DNA of 64,000 nucleotides from a virus: IMG/VR virus record IMGVR_UViG_2795385552_000001; one strand, 5' to 3'. Shown piece by piece: positions 37,096 to 46,797 of this stretch (position 1 is its first letter; each line of letters starts with the position of its first letter). The notes under the pieces were generated by a model. It saw only the letters and a program-made list of their open reading frames with translations, ran no database searches and was not told where the DNA came from. The position numbers and the translations under genes were made by a program.

Positions 37096-37510
37096 GCTGA
37101 TCGTTCCCAAACCATCTGTAGCGCTAGCGGTTCAAGCGATTACCGTGGGCCTACCTCAAGCCGGCTTGACCGATGTCTACGTTTCGTCAAAGAAACCGGG
37201 CGCGGCTACAGGCCATCGCATCCTGCCAGGCAAGTTCATCCGCGTAACGCGCCTGAACCCGGGCGGGATGCTCAATCGCGTTACCGACCAGGCACATCTG
37301 CTGATCGAGTGCTGGGACGATAGCGGAGAAGGGGAGAAGCTAGCCAACGCGGCGCGTGGGGTGTTGCGCGCTGCCAGTGGCCAAACGATCGCTGGCGGAT
37401 TTGTGCGTTGTGCCGGTGAGGACAACGGGCCCGTGGATTTTCCCGACCCGGACGTGCCGAGTCATGACCGCTATCAGTTCACGATCGATCTGCTCATCTC
37501 CACCAACTAA
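37088..37510 (+). CDS. tail terminator-like protein
   Basis: 140-aa ORF before major tail gene. Confidence 0.5.
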   Translation: MAELIVPKPSVALAVQAITVGLPQAGLTDVYVSSKKPGAATGHRILPGKFIRVTRLNPGGMLNRVTDQAHLLIECWDDSGEGEKLANAARGVLRAASGQTIAGGFVRCAGEDNGPVDFPDPDVPSHDRYQFTIDLLISTN

Positions 37511-37577
37511 CCCGCAACGGGTGCCCCCTCAGGTCCGGTCCACGTTCCGACCACTTCTCAGTTGAAGGGGACCAATT

Positions 37578-38159
37578 ATGGCCAATTCCAAGAACATCTG
37601 GGCCGCAACTCTTCACGAGGACGGCGGTAGCTTCTACCGTGCACCTCTGGGGACGCCGCTGCCCGATGACGCCCTTGATGCGCTCGATGCAGCATTCAAG
37701 GATCACGGCTGGATGGGTGACGACGGGTTCAAGGTGAGCCCCAAGCGTGATACCACCAAGCACAAGGCATTCGGCGGGTCCACGGTCAAGACGACCCAGG
37801 ACAACTACGAATGCACCGTTACTGCAACGATTTACGAGCAGAACATCGTGACGCTCAAGACCGTATTCGGTGATGACAACGTGACCGTGAGCTACGCGAG
37901 TGGTCACGCCAAGTACCGCGTCGAATGGTCGGATGCTCAGCTGCCCCGCAGCTCTTTCATCCAGCGCTACATCGACGGACGGAAGACCGCCCTCAATGTG
38001 ATCGAAGAGGGCCAGATCGTAGAGATCGAGGACATCGAGTATGTCCACGATCAACTGGTCAAGTTCACGGTCAACATCGACGTGTACAAGCCGGAGTCTG
38101 GTAATCCCGGCGTCTACTCGCTGATCGACGATCCCGACGCCACTGGCACCGGTTCGTAG
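37578..38159 (+). CDS. major tail protein
   Basis: 193-aa ORF with RBS, upstream of chaperone/TMP. Confidence 0.7.
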   Translation: MANSKNIWAATLHEDGGSFYRAPLGTPLPDDALDALDAAFKDHGWMGDDGFKVSPKRDTTKHKAFGGSTVKTTQDNYECTVTATIYEQNIVTLKTVFGDDNVTVSYASGHAKYRVEWSDAQLPRSSFIQRYIDGRKTALNVIEEGQIVEIEDIEYVHDQLVKFTVNIDVYKPESGNPGVYSLIDDPDATGTGS

Positions 38160-38265
38160 ATCCAAAGTCTCACCCCGGCAAAGGGTTGTACCTCTGGACC
38201 GGACCGCCCTTGCCGGGGTGGGGCCGTCCGGTCAACATCTCTCAGATTGAAAGGTTCGGTCCATC

Positions 38266-38724
38266 ATGGCATTTCGCATTACGCCCGCCTCTGAGGCGAA
38301 GGTTGACTTCGAGGTACCGATGAAAGACGGCTCTACGCTGACATTTGCGTTGCCGCACATGAACTTTATGGACGAAGACCTCGCGCGGAAAATGAAGAAG
38401 AATCTCACCGATCTTGACAGTCCTGTGCCAGTGTTGGACGCCGAGGGCAATCCGGTTCTCGATGACGAAGGCAACCCGGTCACCGAAATACCGCGTCGCA
38501 CGATCCATGAGACCACCCGAGACTCAGCGCGAGCCATGCTTAGTGCCGTACTCGACGAGTCGTTGTGTGAACGTCTGATGACTCTCACGGTCGGTGAGCT
38601 TGATCAGATTCTTGCGCACTGGGCCAAGGAATCTCAGAAGCCGGTCGGTCAGGACGGTGAGACCCGCGCGAATGGCGAGGCTGGGGTCAACCTGGGGGAA
38701 TCTTCCGCCTCCTTGAACTCCTAG
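38266..38724 (+). CDS. tail assembly chaperone
   Basis: acidic 152-aa ORF immediately before frameshift window and TMP. Confidence 0.6.
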   Translation: MAFRITPASEAKVDFEVPMKDGSTLTFALPHMNFMDEDLARKMKKNLTDLDSPVPVLDAEGNPVLDDEGNPVTEIPRRTIHETTRDSARAMLSAVLDESLCERLMTLTVGELDQILAHWAKESQKPVGQDGETRANGEAGVNLGESSASLNS

Positions 38725-39143
38725 ACGAGTGGGGGGAGGCGATCCAAGCCGACCTAATGGATCGCCAGGTTCACCGTCGGGATCTCGGTTCATCGGTGAT
38801 GTCCTGGCAGGAATTTCGCGTGTTCGTGGAGAACTTGGGAACCAACTCCGCACTGTTCCGCGCACGTCATCCGCGCACGTGGGCGTGGGATCTGAACGTA
38901 GATCTACTGTGCGCCATCCTTTTCACACTTCAGGGCGCGAACTGGCAGCGCGCGGGGGGTAGAGGTTCCAAGCCCAAACAGATCAAGAGGCCCAGCGATG
39001 AAGGCCCGTCGATCGACCCCAATGTACCGATGGCCGTGCGCAAGCAGCGACACGACGACGAGATCGCACGTCGGCGTTCTGCGCGAGACAAGAAGCGCGG
39101 CAGGAAATCACAGATGATCCCGAGAGGAGTGAGTGTTGGCTAA
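38266..39143 (+). CDS. tail assembly chaperone, -1 frameshift product
   Basis: -1 frame open from ~38691 (cctgggggaa) to 39143 overlapping TMP start. Confidence 0.45.
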
Positions 39144-42100
39144 AGGCGTAGAGCTGGCCGTTGGTTATGTCTCACTCGTCGCGGAGACGCGGGATCTCCA
39201 GAAGGGCATCACCCGCGCACTGAACGCCGCTGGCGACAATGCAGGCGCGGCTGGACGCCGCATGGGTCGCGAGATGGGTCAGGGAGCCTCGTCGTCATTC
39301 GGCGATGTCATGAAGAAGGGGCTGGCGACCGCTGGCATCGCTGGCGGCCTCGCGTCCATCACTGCGGGCTTCACCGCCGCGATTCAGTCGGGTACCGACT
39401 TTCAGCGGAATCTGAACACTCTCAAGGGCGCATCCAATGCGTCGGCCGCGGAGATGGCGCAGATCAGCGCCAGGGCGCGGGAGCTGGGCAGGGATGTGAA
39501 CCTCACGGGAACCTCCGCCCAGGATGCCGCGGCGGCCATGACCGAACTGGTCAAGGGCGGCCTGGACGTTCGGCAGGCGATGGATGCCGCGCGTGGCACT
39601 TTGCAGCTCGCGACCGCAGCTCAAGTGGAAGCGGCCACCGCTGCCGAGATTCAGGCTCGCACGCTGAATACGTTCGGTCTGGGCGCCGAATCTGCGGCGA
39701 TGGTGGCTGATGCATTGTCCAACGCAGCCAACGCAGCTTCGGGTGAGATCACCGATGTCGCATATGCCGTGCAGGCCGGTGGCGCGGTGGCGTCGAACTT
39801 CGGTCTATCCGTGGAGGATACGGTCACCGCGCTGGCGCTCTTCGCCAAGAATGGCATCATCGGCAGTGACGCCGGAACGATGCTCAAGGCGTCTCTCTTG
39901 GCCATCACTGATTCAAGCAATCCCGCCCAAGGTGCGATCGAAGAGCTTGGGCTGACGCTGTACGACCAGCAGGGGCGTTTCGTCGGTATTCGCTCCATGA
40001 TGGATCAACTCAACCAGGCCGCCAAGCGGATGACGCCAGAGATGTATCAAGCGGCCACGAACACGCTGTTCGGTTCGGACGCTGCGCGTATCGCTGGCAT
40101 CGCCGCACGCACCACCGGCGCCGATTTTGACGAGATGAGCAAGGCCGTCACGAACCAGGGTGGCGCCGCGCGGTTGGCCGCAGCACAGACCGAAGGGCTT
40201 CCGGGAGTCTTTGAACGACTGTCGAATACGCTCGATGAAGCCAAACTACAGGTGTCTGACCTGGTTGACGGCCCGTTGATGCAGGTCGGCAACTGGGTCA
40301 ACACCACGCTGGGCGATCTACTGGATGCGCTCAAGGGTGACTCAAGTAGCGGCGTCTTCTCGGACCTCGTCAAAGAGGTCAAGCAGGCTTGGCCGGATAT
40401 TCAGAAGTTCGGCACCGCACTGGGCAAGATCGTCGAGACGCTAGGCGGCACAGCGTGGTCGCTCTTCACGACCGCGCTTGGCCTCGCGGGTGATGCCGCA
40501 GGGGTGCTGGCACCCCTTCTGGGGGCCATCGCCAGTGCGCTTGACGGCCAGGAGGGTTTGGTCACTGGCATCGCAGTAGCCTGGGCCGCCTGGAAATTCA
40601 TTCCTGGCTTACTCGACCGGATGCCCGGACCACTCGGAAACATTCGGCAGACTTTGCCCGGTGTCGTATCCGGCATGCGCGGGTTCCGTGAGGAGATGGC
40701 GCTTCAGCGCAGTCTCGCACAGGCGCAGGGTATTCAGCTCGGTGGCATAAACACCGCGCTCGCCACGATGCAGGCGCGGTATCCGGCGCTGAGCCGCATG
40801 GGGGAGGCATACCGAGCGGGCGTCGATAGTGCAGATCGATTCGGCCGTACAGCCGGTGTTGCGCGCGCTGGCGTATCTGGATTGGGCACGGCCGCAGGCG
40901 GTCTGATGTCGATGCTCGGCGGGCCGTGGGGCATAGCGCTCGGTGGTGCATCGATTGCGCTCGGCTATCTAGCGCAGAAGCATCAGGAGGCCGCCGACAA
41001 GGCGGCGCAGCAGCGTCAGGAAGAGGAGGCGCTGCGCGCCACGCTGGACAAGTCCACGGGGCGAATCACTGAGCAGACGCGCGAGAACGTCGCGGCCAAG
41101 TTCCAGGAGATCAACACAGATCAGCGCGCACGAAGCTTTGGAATAGATCCAACGCAGTTGATCGATGCCGCGTTGGGAACTGGAGACCCGAACGCGTACA
41201 ACGATATTCGCAAGCGCGCTGCGGACATTGTCAATGAGCAGGTTGACGAAAAGGGGCTTCGTACACGAAGCGCAATGGCGGACATTCGCGGCGCCGGAAT
41301 CTCCAATGAAGAACTGACGCAAGCACTTTTGCGCGAGGGTGATGCCTGGGACACCGTAAACAAGAAGCTGAGTGACTACCAATCGAAGCAGTCGAGCACC
41401 GTCAAGGGTTATCAAAAGGGTGTTGAGGGCTTGCAGGGGTTCATCGACATCATGCCCGACGTGCGCGAGTCGTTCGTCACGATGACGCAGAACATCAATG
41501 AGCAGCGCAACAGTGTCGGTGACATGTCTCAGAAGCAGCGCGATCTTCAGGCGATGCTCGAAGGGACATGGCGCGCAACCGAAGAGGGCGTGAAGAGATT
41601 CAAGGATCTGGGCGCGTCCATTCTTCAAGTGCCAGACGCTAAATCGGTAGTTGTCACCGCCCTCACCGAGGATGCCCAGAACAAGCTCAAGGGCTTGGGC
41701 TACCAGGTTGAGGCGATGAAGGATGGCAATTTCAAGGTTGTCGCCGAAACCGATGACGCGAAGCGCCGTATCGCAGAGCTGATCGAGAAGATCAATCAGC
41801 CGCATAAGATGACCATCGAGGCCCAAATGACGGGCGTGGGAGCCATATTGGGGCCAATGGGGCCGACTGCGGCCGCATTGTCTCAACTCCCAAAGAAGAA
41901 GGATGGCGGCGCGGTCTACGGACCTGGCAGCGGCAAGTCTGATGACGTTCTGATGTGGGGTTCGCAGGGTGAGCACATGCTTACCGCCGATGACGTTGAC
42001 AACATGGGCGGCCACCGCGGCGTGTTCCAGTTGCGACGAGCAGCTGCACAAGGCATGTTACCCGGATTCAAGGATGGCGGTCCGGTCGATCTGGAAGACC

Positions 42101-43692
42101 TATTTGGCGGTGACCTCGGACCGGGCCTGGCTGACGAAAACGGTTTGCAGAGTAAGACAATACTGATCAACCGCGCCATCTCCATGCTGTTCGGTGATCG
42201 CATTCAGAAGATCGGCGGCATGCGATCCGACTCGATGCCGTACCACCCGTCAGGGCGGGCGCTCGACATCATGATCCCGAACTCCAACACCCCTGAGGGT
42301 AAGCAACTGGGTGACGACATTCGACGCCACCTGTTGGAGAACGCCAGCGCATACGGCCTGGAAGATGTGATCTGGCAACAGAACTGGACAGGCGCCAACG
42401 GTCAGTCCAATCGCATGGACGATCGCGGCAACCCGACCGCCAACCACATGGACCACGTTCACGCGACCTCTATCGGTGGCGGTAAGCCAAAGAAGAACAC
42501 GCGCTTTGTGCTTCCCGCGGCGGTACGTCGGCAGCTCACAGAGCAGTACATGGCCAACGGTGGCACCGGACCAGCCGACGCGGCTGGCCTCATGGCGCAG
42601 ATCATGGGCAATGGCGGTATCCCCACGGGCCGAGAGGGTGGCAGCGGTGTCGGTCGTCTGGCGTCCGGTGGTATCTCCGATGACGGACCGGACCGGACCG
42701 AGGGCTACATTCCGGCCGCCGCGGGCAGTACGGGCCAGGCGGGCACCAGTTTCGCCGCTGGACTGCTCAACATGGGAGCCGAGGCTATCAATGGTCTGAT
42801 CGATCAGGCCGCGTCAGCGGCGGCCACAGCAGCGTCAGCGGCGGCCACGGTAGGCAGTTTCGGGGCCGGTGGTCAGGCCGCGGGTCCGGCCGCAGCCGCG
42901 GCGATCGGCCTGGGCGCGAATGCGGCCAAGCGTGGTGTGAGCTGGGGCTTTCAGATGGCCGGCATCGGTGTTGACGCGCTGGTCGAGCAACTGTTCCCGT
43001 TCGGTGCGCCTCGCTGGCTCGGCTATGACTACACCGGCTTCGTTCCGCAGCTACAGAATCAGGGTGCGGCCACCACAACGATGGAGAAGGCTGAGGCGCA
43101 GAAGTCGGCCGTCGATCCCAACACCACCGAGCATGGTGAGGGGTTGGGCGCCGCACCCGGCCCCGAGCTACCCGGCGCACCCGTGCAAGCCGGTCAGATG
43201 CCAGGTAGCGGAGCGCCCGGAACGCAGATGCAGCCACAGCCCGGTGCACTTCCCGGCGTCGGCGGCGGTCAGGGCCCCTTGCCGCCACCGCCACCCGGCT
43301 CTAACCCGTTCGGCACCAAGTCAGGCCCCGGACCGGCCACACCGCCGCCAACCATGGACGCCCCACCGGCGGCAGCACAACAGCAGAGCGTCAGCTCACC
43401 GATGGGCCCTGAATGGCTCAAGATGATGGGCATTTTCGACTCTGGCGGCATGCTCCCGCCCGGTGGGATGGCCATCAACTTGTCGAAGTCTCCCGAGCCC
43501 GTTCTGACTGGGCGTCAGTGGGCTGATGTCAGCACCGCAGCCGCGCGCCAGCCGCTCGATCCGGGCGCGCTCCAGGGCAATGACTACAGCATCAAGGTTG
43601 ACAGCATCAACGTCAAGGATGTTGACGAGCTAATGGGGCAGCTCAATGACAAGCAGAGACTCCAGATGATGCGCTACGCGGGGCGGCCATGA
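39133..43692 (+). CDS. tape measure protein (GTG start)
   Basis: 1519 aa, alpha-helical N-half, embedded motif GMRSDSMPYHPSGRALDIMIP, Pro/Gly-rich C-terminal segment. Confidence 0.9.
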   Translation: MLAKGVELAVGYVSLVAETRDLQKGITRALNAAGDNAGAAGRRMGREMGQGASSSFGDVMKKGLATAGIAGGLASITAGFTAAIQSGTDFQRNLNTLKGASNASAAEMAQISARARELGRDVNLTGTSAQDAAAAMTELVKGGLDVRQAMDAARGTLQLATAAQVEAATAAEIQARTLNTFGLGAESAAMVADALSNAANAASGEITDVAYAVQAGGAVASNFGLSVEDTVTALALFAKNGIIGSDAGTMLKASLLAITDSSNPAQGAIEELGLTLYDQQGRFVGIRSMMDQLNQAAKRMTPEMYQAATNTLFGSDAARIAGIAARTTGADFDEMSKAVTNQGGAARLAAAQTEGLPGVFERLSNTLDEAKLQVSDLVDGPLMQVGNWVNTTLGDLLDALKGDSSSGVFSDLVKEVKQAWPDIQKFGTALGKIVETLGGTAWSLFTTALGLAGDAAGVLAPLLGAIASALDGQEGLVTGIAVAWAAWKFIPGLLDRMPGPLGNIRQTLPGVVSGMRGFREEMALQRSLAQAQGIQLGGINTALATMQARYPALSRMGEAYRAGVDSADRFGRTAGVARAGVSGLGTAAGGLMSMLGGPWGIALGGASIALGYLAQKHQEAADKAAQQRQEEEALRATLDKSTGRITEQTRENVAAKFQEINTDQRARSFGIDPTQLIDAALGTGDPNAYNDIRKRAADIVNEQVDEKGLRTRSAMADIRGAGISNEELTQALLREGDAWDTVNKKLSDYQSKQSSTVKGYQKGVEGLQGFIDIMPDVRESFVTMTQNINEQRNSVGDMSQKQRDLQAMLEGTWRATEEGVKRFKDLGASILQVPDAKSVVVTALTEDAQNKLKGLGYQVEAMKDGNFKVVAETDDAKRRIAELIEKINQPHKMTIEAQMTGVGAILGPMGPTAAALSQLPKKKDGGAVYGPGSGKSDDVLMWGSQGEHMLTADDVDNMGGHRGVFQLRRAAAQGMLPGFKDGGPVDLEDLFGGDLGPGLADENGLQSKTILINRAISMLFGDRIQKIGGMRSDSMPYHPSGRALDIMIPNSNTPEGKQLGDDIRRHLLENASAYGLEDVIWQQNWTGANGQSNRMDDRGNPTANHMDHVHATSIGGGKPKKNTRFVLPAAVRRQLTEQYMANGGTGPADAAGLMAQIMGNGGIPTGREGGSGVGRLASGGISDDGPDRTEGYIPAAAGSTGQAGTSFAAGLLNMGAEAINGLIDQAASAAATAASAAATVGSFGAGGQAAGPAAAAAIGLGANAAKRGVSWGFQMAGIGVDALVEQLFPFGAPRWLGYDYTGFVPQLQNQGAATTTMEKAEAQKSAVDPNTTEHGEGLGAAPGPELPGAPVQAGQMPGSGAPGTQMQPQPGALPGVGGGQGPLPPPPPGSNPFGTKSGPGPATPPPTMDAPPAAAQQQSVSSPMGPEWLKMMGIFDSGGMLPPGGMAINLSKSPEPVLTGRQWADVSTAAARQPLDPGALQGNDYSIKVDSINVKDVDELMGQLNDKQRLQMMRYAGRP

Positions 43693-44642
43693 GCACCAAC
43701 CCGTTCATCGTTCAACCCGATCGCTATGAGTCTCAGATCCTTTCAATGTGGATTAGCGGAGATGGGCGCCGGTTCCATACTCACGGCGAGGTTGAGGGTC
43801 ATGAGGGGATCTGGAACGCCAAGGGGCAGGTGCAGGGTATCTACGACGCCCCTGTTAAGACAACATGGAAGGCCGGCGCGTTTCAGGATGGCGCGACACA
43901 GAAGGGTAAGAAGGTCCTTCATCGCGACATGACCATGGGCTTCCATTGCATCGAAACACTCGGTCGCACAATGGAAGAGAACGAATCGGACTTCCGAAAA
44001 ATCTTCGCTTATGAGGAGGATCAATGGGACGACGACCCCGAGCCCATCACGATCGGTATCGAGACTGAGAAGTCTGGCGTACGCATGCTGGACGTTTTGA
44101 TGTACGAGAATCCGGTTGTTGAGTCTGAAATCGATCCGATCAAGCAGCAGTACACGAACCTGATCATGAAACTTCGTGCAGGGCAGCCGATGTGGTACGA
44201 GGACCCGGTTGTCAAGGAGTTCTCCAGCGGTGGTACCGAGGGGGAGGGCTTCATCGAGATCGAGAATCCGACTGATCAGCCGATGCGTCACAAGTGGATT
44301 CTGACGCGCGGCGAGTGGGAGGTTCCCGACTTCAGTTGGCGCGGTAAGAAATACCACCGAAAGCCTGGGGGCGCATACCGCTCGCGAGCGCTGTCTATTC
44401 CACCGATCACCGAGGTACAAGGCGGCGCTGTCATCAGTCTCAATAAGCAGGACTTGATGATTCGCGATGCGCACTACACCAACATGTTGCCGCTCATGAA
44501 CGGCCGATTCTTCATGCACGTCATACCGCCGTACACACCCAAGCAGCAGATCCCCATCAGTTACAAGAACGCTCCGGCTGGAGGTGCGATGGCCCAACTG
44601 GTACAGCCGCGTCTCTGGTCGCGGCCGTGGGGGCTTGAGTGA
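43689..44642 (+). CDS. minor tail protein (distal tail protein-like)
   Basis: first gene after TMP, ATGA overlap. Confidence 0.65.
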   Translation: MSTNPFIVQPDRYESQILSMWISGDGRRFHTHGEVEGHEGIWNAKGQVQGIYDAPVKTTWKAGAFQDGATQKGKKVLHRDMTMGFHCIETLGRTMEENESDFRKIFAYEEDQWDDDPEPITIGIETEKSGVRMLDVLMYENPVVESEIDPIKQQYTNLIMKLRAGQPMWYEDPVVKEFSSGGTEGEGFIEIENPTDQPMRHKWILTRGEWEVPDFSWRGKKYHRKPGGAYRSRALSIPPITEVQGGAVISLNKQDLMIRDAHYTNMLPLMNGRFFMHVIPPYTPKQQIPISYKNAPAGGAMAQLVQPRLWSRPWGLE

Positions 44643-46366
44643 GCGTCAACGACGCCACCGCCGTACTCGACTACGAACCCATTCATCTTGACTTCGACAC
44701 TCTGGATCTGCGCGCGCAGTGCGAGGCGATCTGGGATGAGACGATCAAGCAGGAGCGCGCCGAGGTCAGGCTTCGCAAGCAGCCCCCAGTCGTGCGCATC
44801 TACGACGGTGAATGGGAACTCCATCACGTACTCGCCACTGAGTACCGGGCCGAATTTTCGTTTATTTCCAACGACTCTGGCCCCGGTCAGACGGACATCC
44901 CCTTCACGTCAGAAGTCGCGCAGTGGATTCACGACATGCAGGGGCGCATGGACCGCGGGGAGAAGCGGAACGTCCACGTCACCGTGGACTACTGCGGCGC
45001 GCGCTGGTCGGGACGACTGGACAAGGCGACGCTCAAGTCAGACGAAGACGGCGACCAAACACTAAGTGTCACTTGGCTTCACGATTACGAGAACCTGAAA
45101 TGGTATAGCGTTTGGAGCAATCCATTCTTACCTGCGGCGTTCCAAGCGCCGCGGGCGTTTATTCTCGCGGGTCCAGTCCCTTGGATCTTGAAGCTAAGCC
45201 TTTTCCTCCAATTTTTCCGAGAGCACAACCCGCTCATCACAATTCCTGACGACCCGCTGAATCTGGCTAGCTGGTTCTCAGGGTTGGATCAGTCCACCTG
45301 GAGCATCGTTGTCAAGCCGACCTCATTCTTCGAGGCGATGGCCAGCGGCGCCGTCTGGGGCATGGTGTCGTCGCGCTGGGCCAACTGGCACGACATGGCC
45401 AAGATCATGCTCGAAGACGCCGAGTACAGCGTGGTGTGCCGCCGCTGGTTAGAGGGCGACCCTGAACCATGGCCCGGCGCCAAGCTGCGCAGCGGGACGC
45501 TAGTCATCGACATTGTGGACAAGTCCGGCGTGATGATCGGAACGTCACACGGCGGCACTATGTTCGACGGATTGGCCCGCACCGCAGCAGAATTCGCCGA
45601 CGACTTCATTGACTCCACCGATGACCTGATCGCTGATAACGACGTACCGGAAGACTACTTCATCCCCGGACTGCGGCTGACTCGCAAGGAGATGCCATAC
45701 GTCATCTACCGCGACGGCGACCAATCACCCATCCAGACATCGGAATTCACGGTATCGCCAGCCAAGGGTATTCAGGTCAACGTCGGTGGTCACTCGATGC
45801 CGGGCGTCAATGAGGCCATCAGTGCATCCATCCAGGCTGGCTTCGACATTCTCGGCGGCATCGCACAGATCGGCTCGCTCGGCGGCACGGTTGACACTCT
45901 GGTCAAACCCCTCTATGAGGACACCGTCCTAGCCTGGTGGTCCGTCAAATCGACACAGCGAGCGCAGAATTCGGGCTGGTCTAGGTACTTCGAGTACTTC
46001 CAGGACGGCGCCAACAAGGCGTACACCATCGCCGCGCTGATGGTGCTCCGTGCGGGCTTCTGGGCCACGAAGACAACCATCAGTTGCAAGGTGTCGGTTG
46101 TTGACGGCGGTCCGTTCATGGTGGGCGACAGCGGCCTTGGGCACTTCTTCCTTGACGATCGTGTGGGCATCGCTCTACGCAACGACACACGCAACCGCAT
46201 TCACATGGACCGGTGCCGGCGCATCGATCTGAAGTGGGACGAAGAGACCCCACCGGAATGGCAACTAACCATCGGTGACGAACGCGCGCTACAGGACCCG
46301 GCGCAACGGGCCTGGGGCAAGATTGAGTCGATCGTCGCCGCCCTACGAGACCTAGGGGTCTACTAG
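44639..46366 (+). CDS. minor tail protein
   Basis: 575 aa after Dit-like gene. Confidence 0.65.
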   Translation: MSVNDATAVLDYEPIHLDFDTLDLRAQCEAIWDETIKQERAEVRLRKQPPVVRIYDGEWELHHVLATEYRAEFSFISNDSGPGQTDIPFTSEVAQWIHDMQGRMDRGEKRNVHVTVDYCGARWSGRLDKATLKSDEDGDQTLSVTWLHDYENLKWYSVWSNPFLPAAFQAPRAFILAGPVPWILKLSLFLQFFREHNPLITIPDDPLNLASWFSGLDQSTWSIVVKPTSFFEAMASGAVWGMVSSRWANWHDMAKIMLEDAEYSVVCRRWLEGDPEPWPGAKLRSGTLVIDIVDKSGVMIGTSHGGTMFDGLARTAAEFADDFIDSTDDLIADNDVPEDYFIPGLRLTRKEMPYVIYRDGDQSPIQTSEFTVSPAKGIQVNVGGHSMPGVNEAISASIQAGFDILGGIAQIGSLGGTVDTLVKPLYEDTVLAWWSVKSTQRAQNSGWSRYFEYFQDGANKAYTIAALMVLRAGFWATKTTISCKVSVVDGGPFMVGDSGLGHFFLDDRVGIALRNDTRNRIHMDRCRRIDLKWDEETPPEWQLTIGDERALQDPAQRAWGKIESIVAALRDLGVY

Positions 46367-46797
46367 TGACGATGCCTGCGATGAATCCCAATTTTGGGAT
46401 GAACGGCGCCAACGCTCAAGACTATGAGTTCTCCAAAGGCTTTCCCACACGCGAGAACTGCGACCTTGAGAACCCGCGCGAGATGTTTCTATGGATGCTC
46501 GTCGCACTACCTGGCGTCGTAGGCGCTCAGCTCGTCATGCCCATTGGTTACAACATGGCGGTCTCTGAACACCTCTACGAATGTGGCGCGGGCCTGGTGC
46601 GCGAGCCGGTCAAGAAGTGGATTCCACCGAAGGCTAACGGACCTCATTGGATGACATCACCGGGTCAGTGGGTGCCGCTGGAAACCCCTATACAAGAAGA
46701 GCATCCGGCAGACGTGGCGATTAACAAGCTCTCACGTCTACAGCAAGCGGAACTTCTTGAGCGTCTGCTGAAGATGCGCGACGAAGGCGATCTGTGA
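46366..46797 (+). CDS. hypothetical tail-region protein (GTG start)
   Basis: 143-aa ORF. Confidence 0.45.
   Translation: MTMPAMNPNFGMNGANAQDYEFSKGFPTRENCDLENPREMFLWMLVALPGVVGAQLVMPIGYNMAVSEHLYECGAGLVREPVKKWIPPKANGPHWMTSPGQWVPLETPIQEEHPADVAINKLSRLQQAELLERLLKMRDEGDL

Noticed and set aside
39133-43692. Numerous antisense and alternative-frame ORFs inside the tape measure and other long genes (e.g. 40969-42051 minus, 42788-43294 minus)
   Set aside because: These are typical GC-rich shadow ORFs that are fully nested in a well-supported long gene with a co-linear operon structure.
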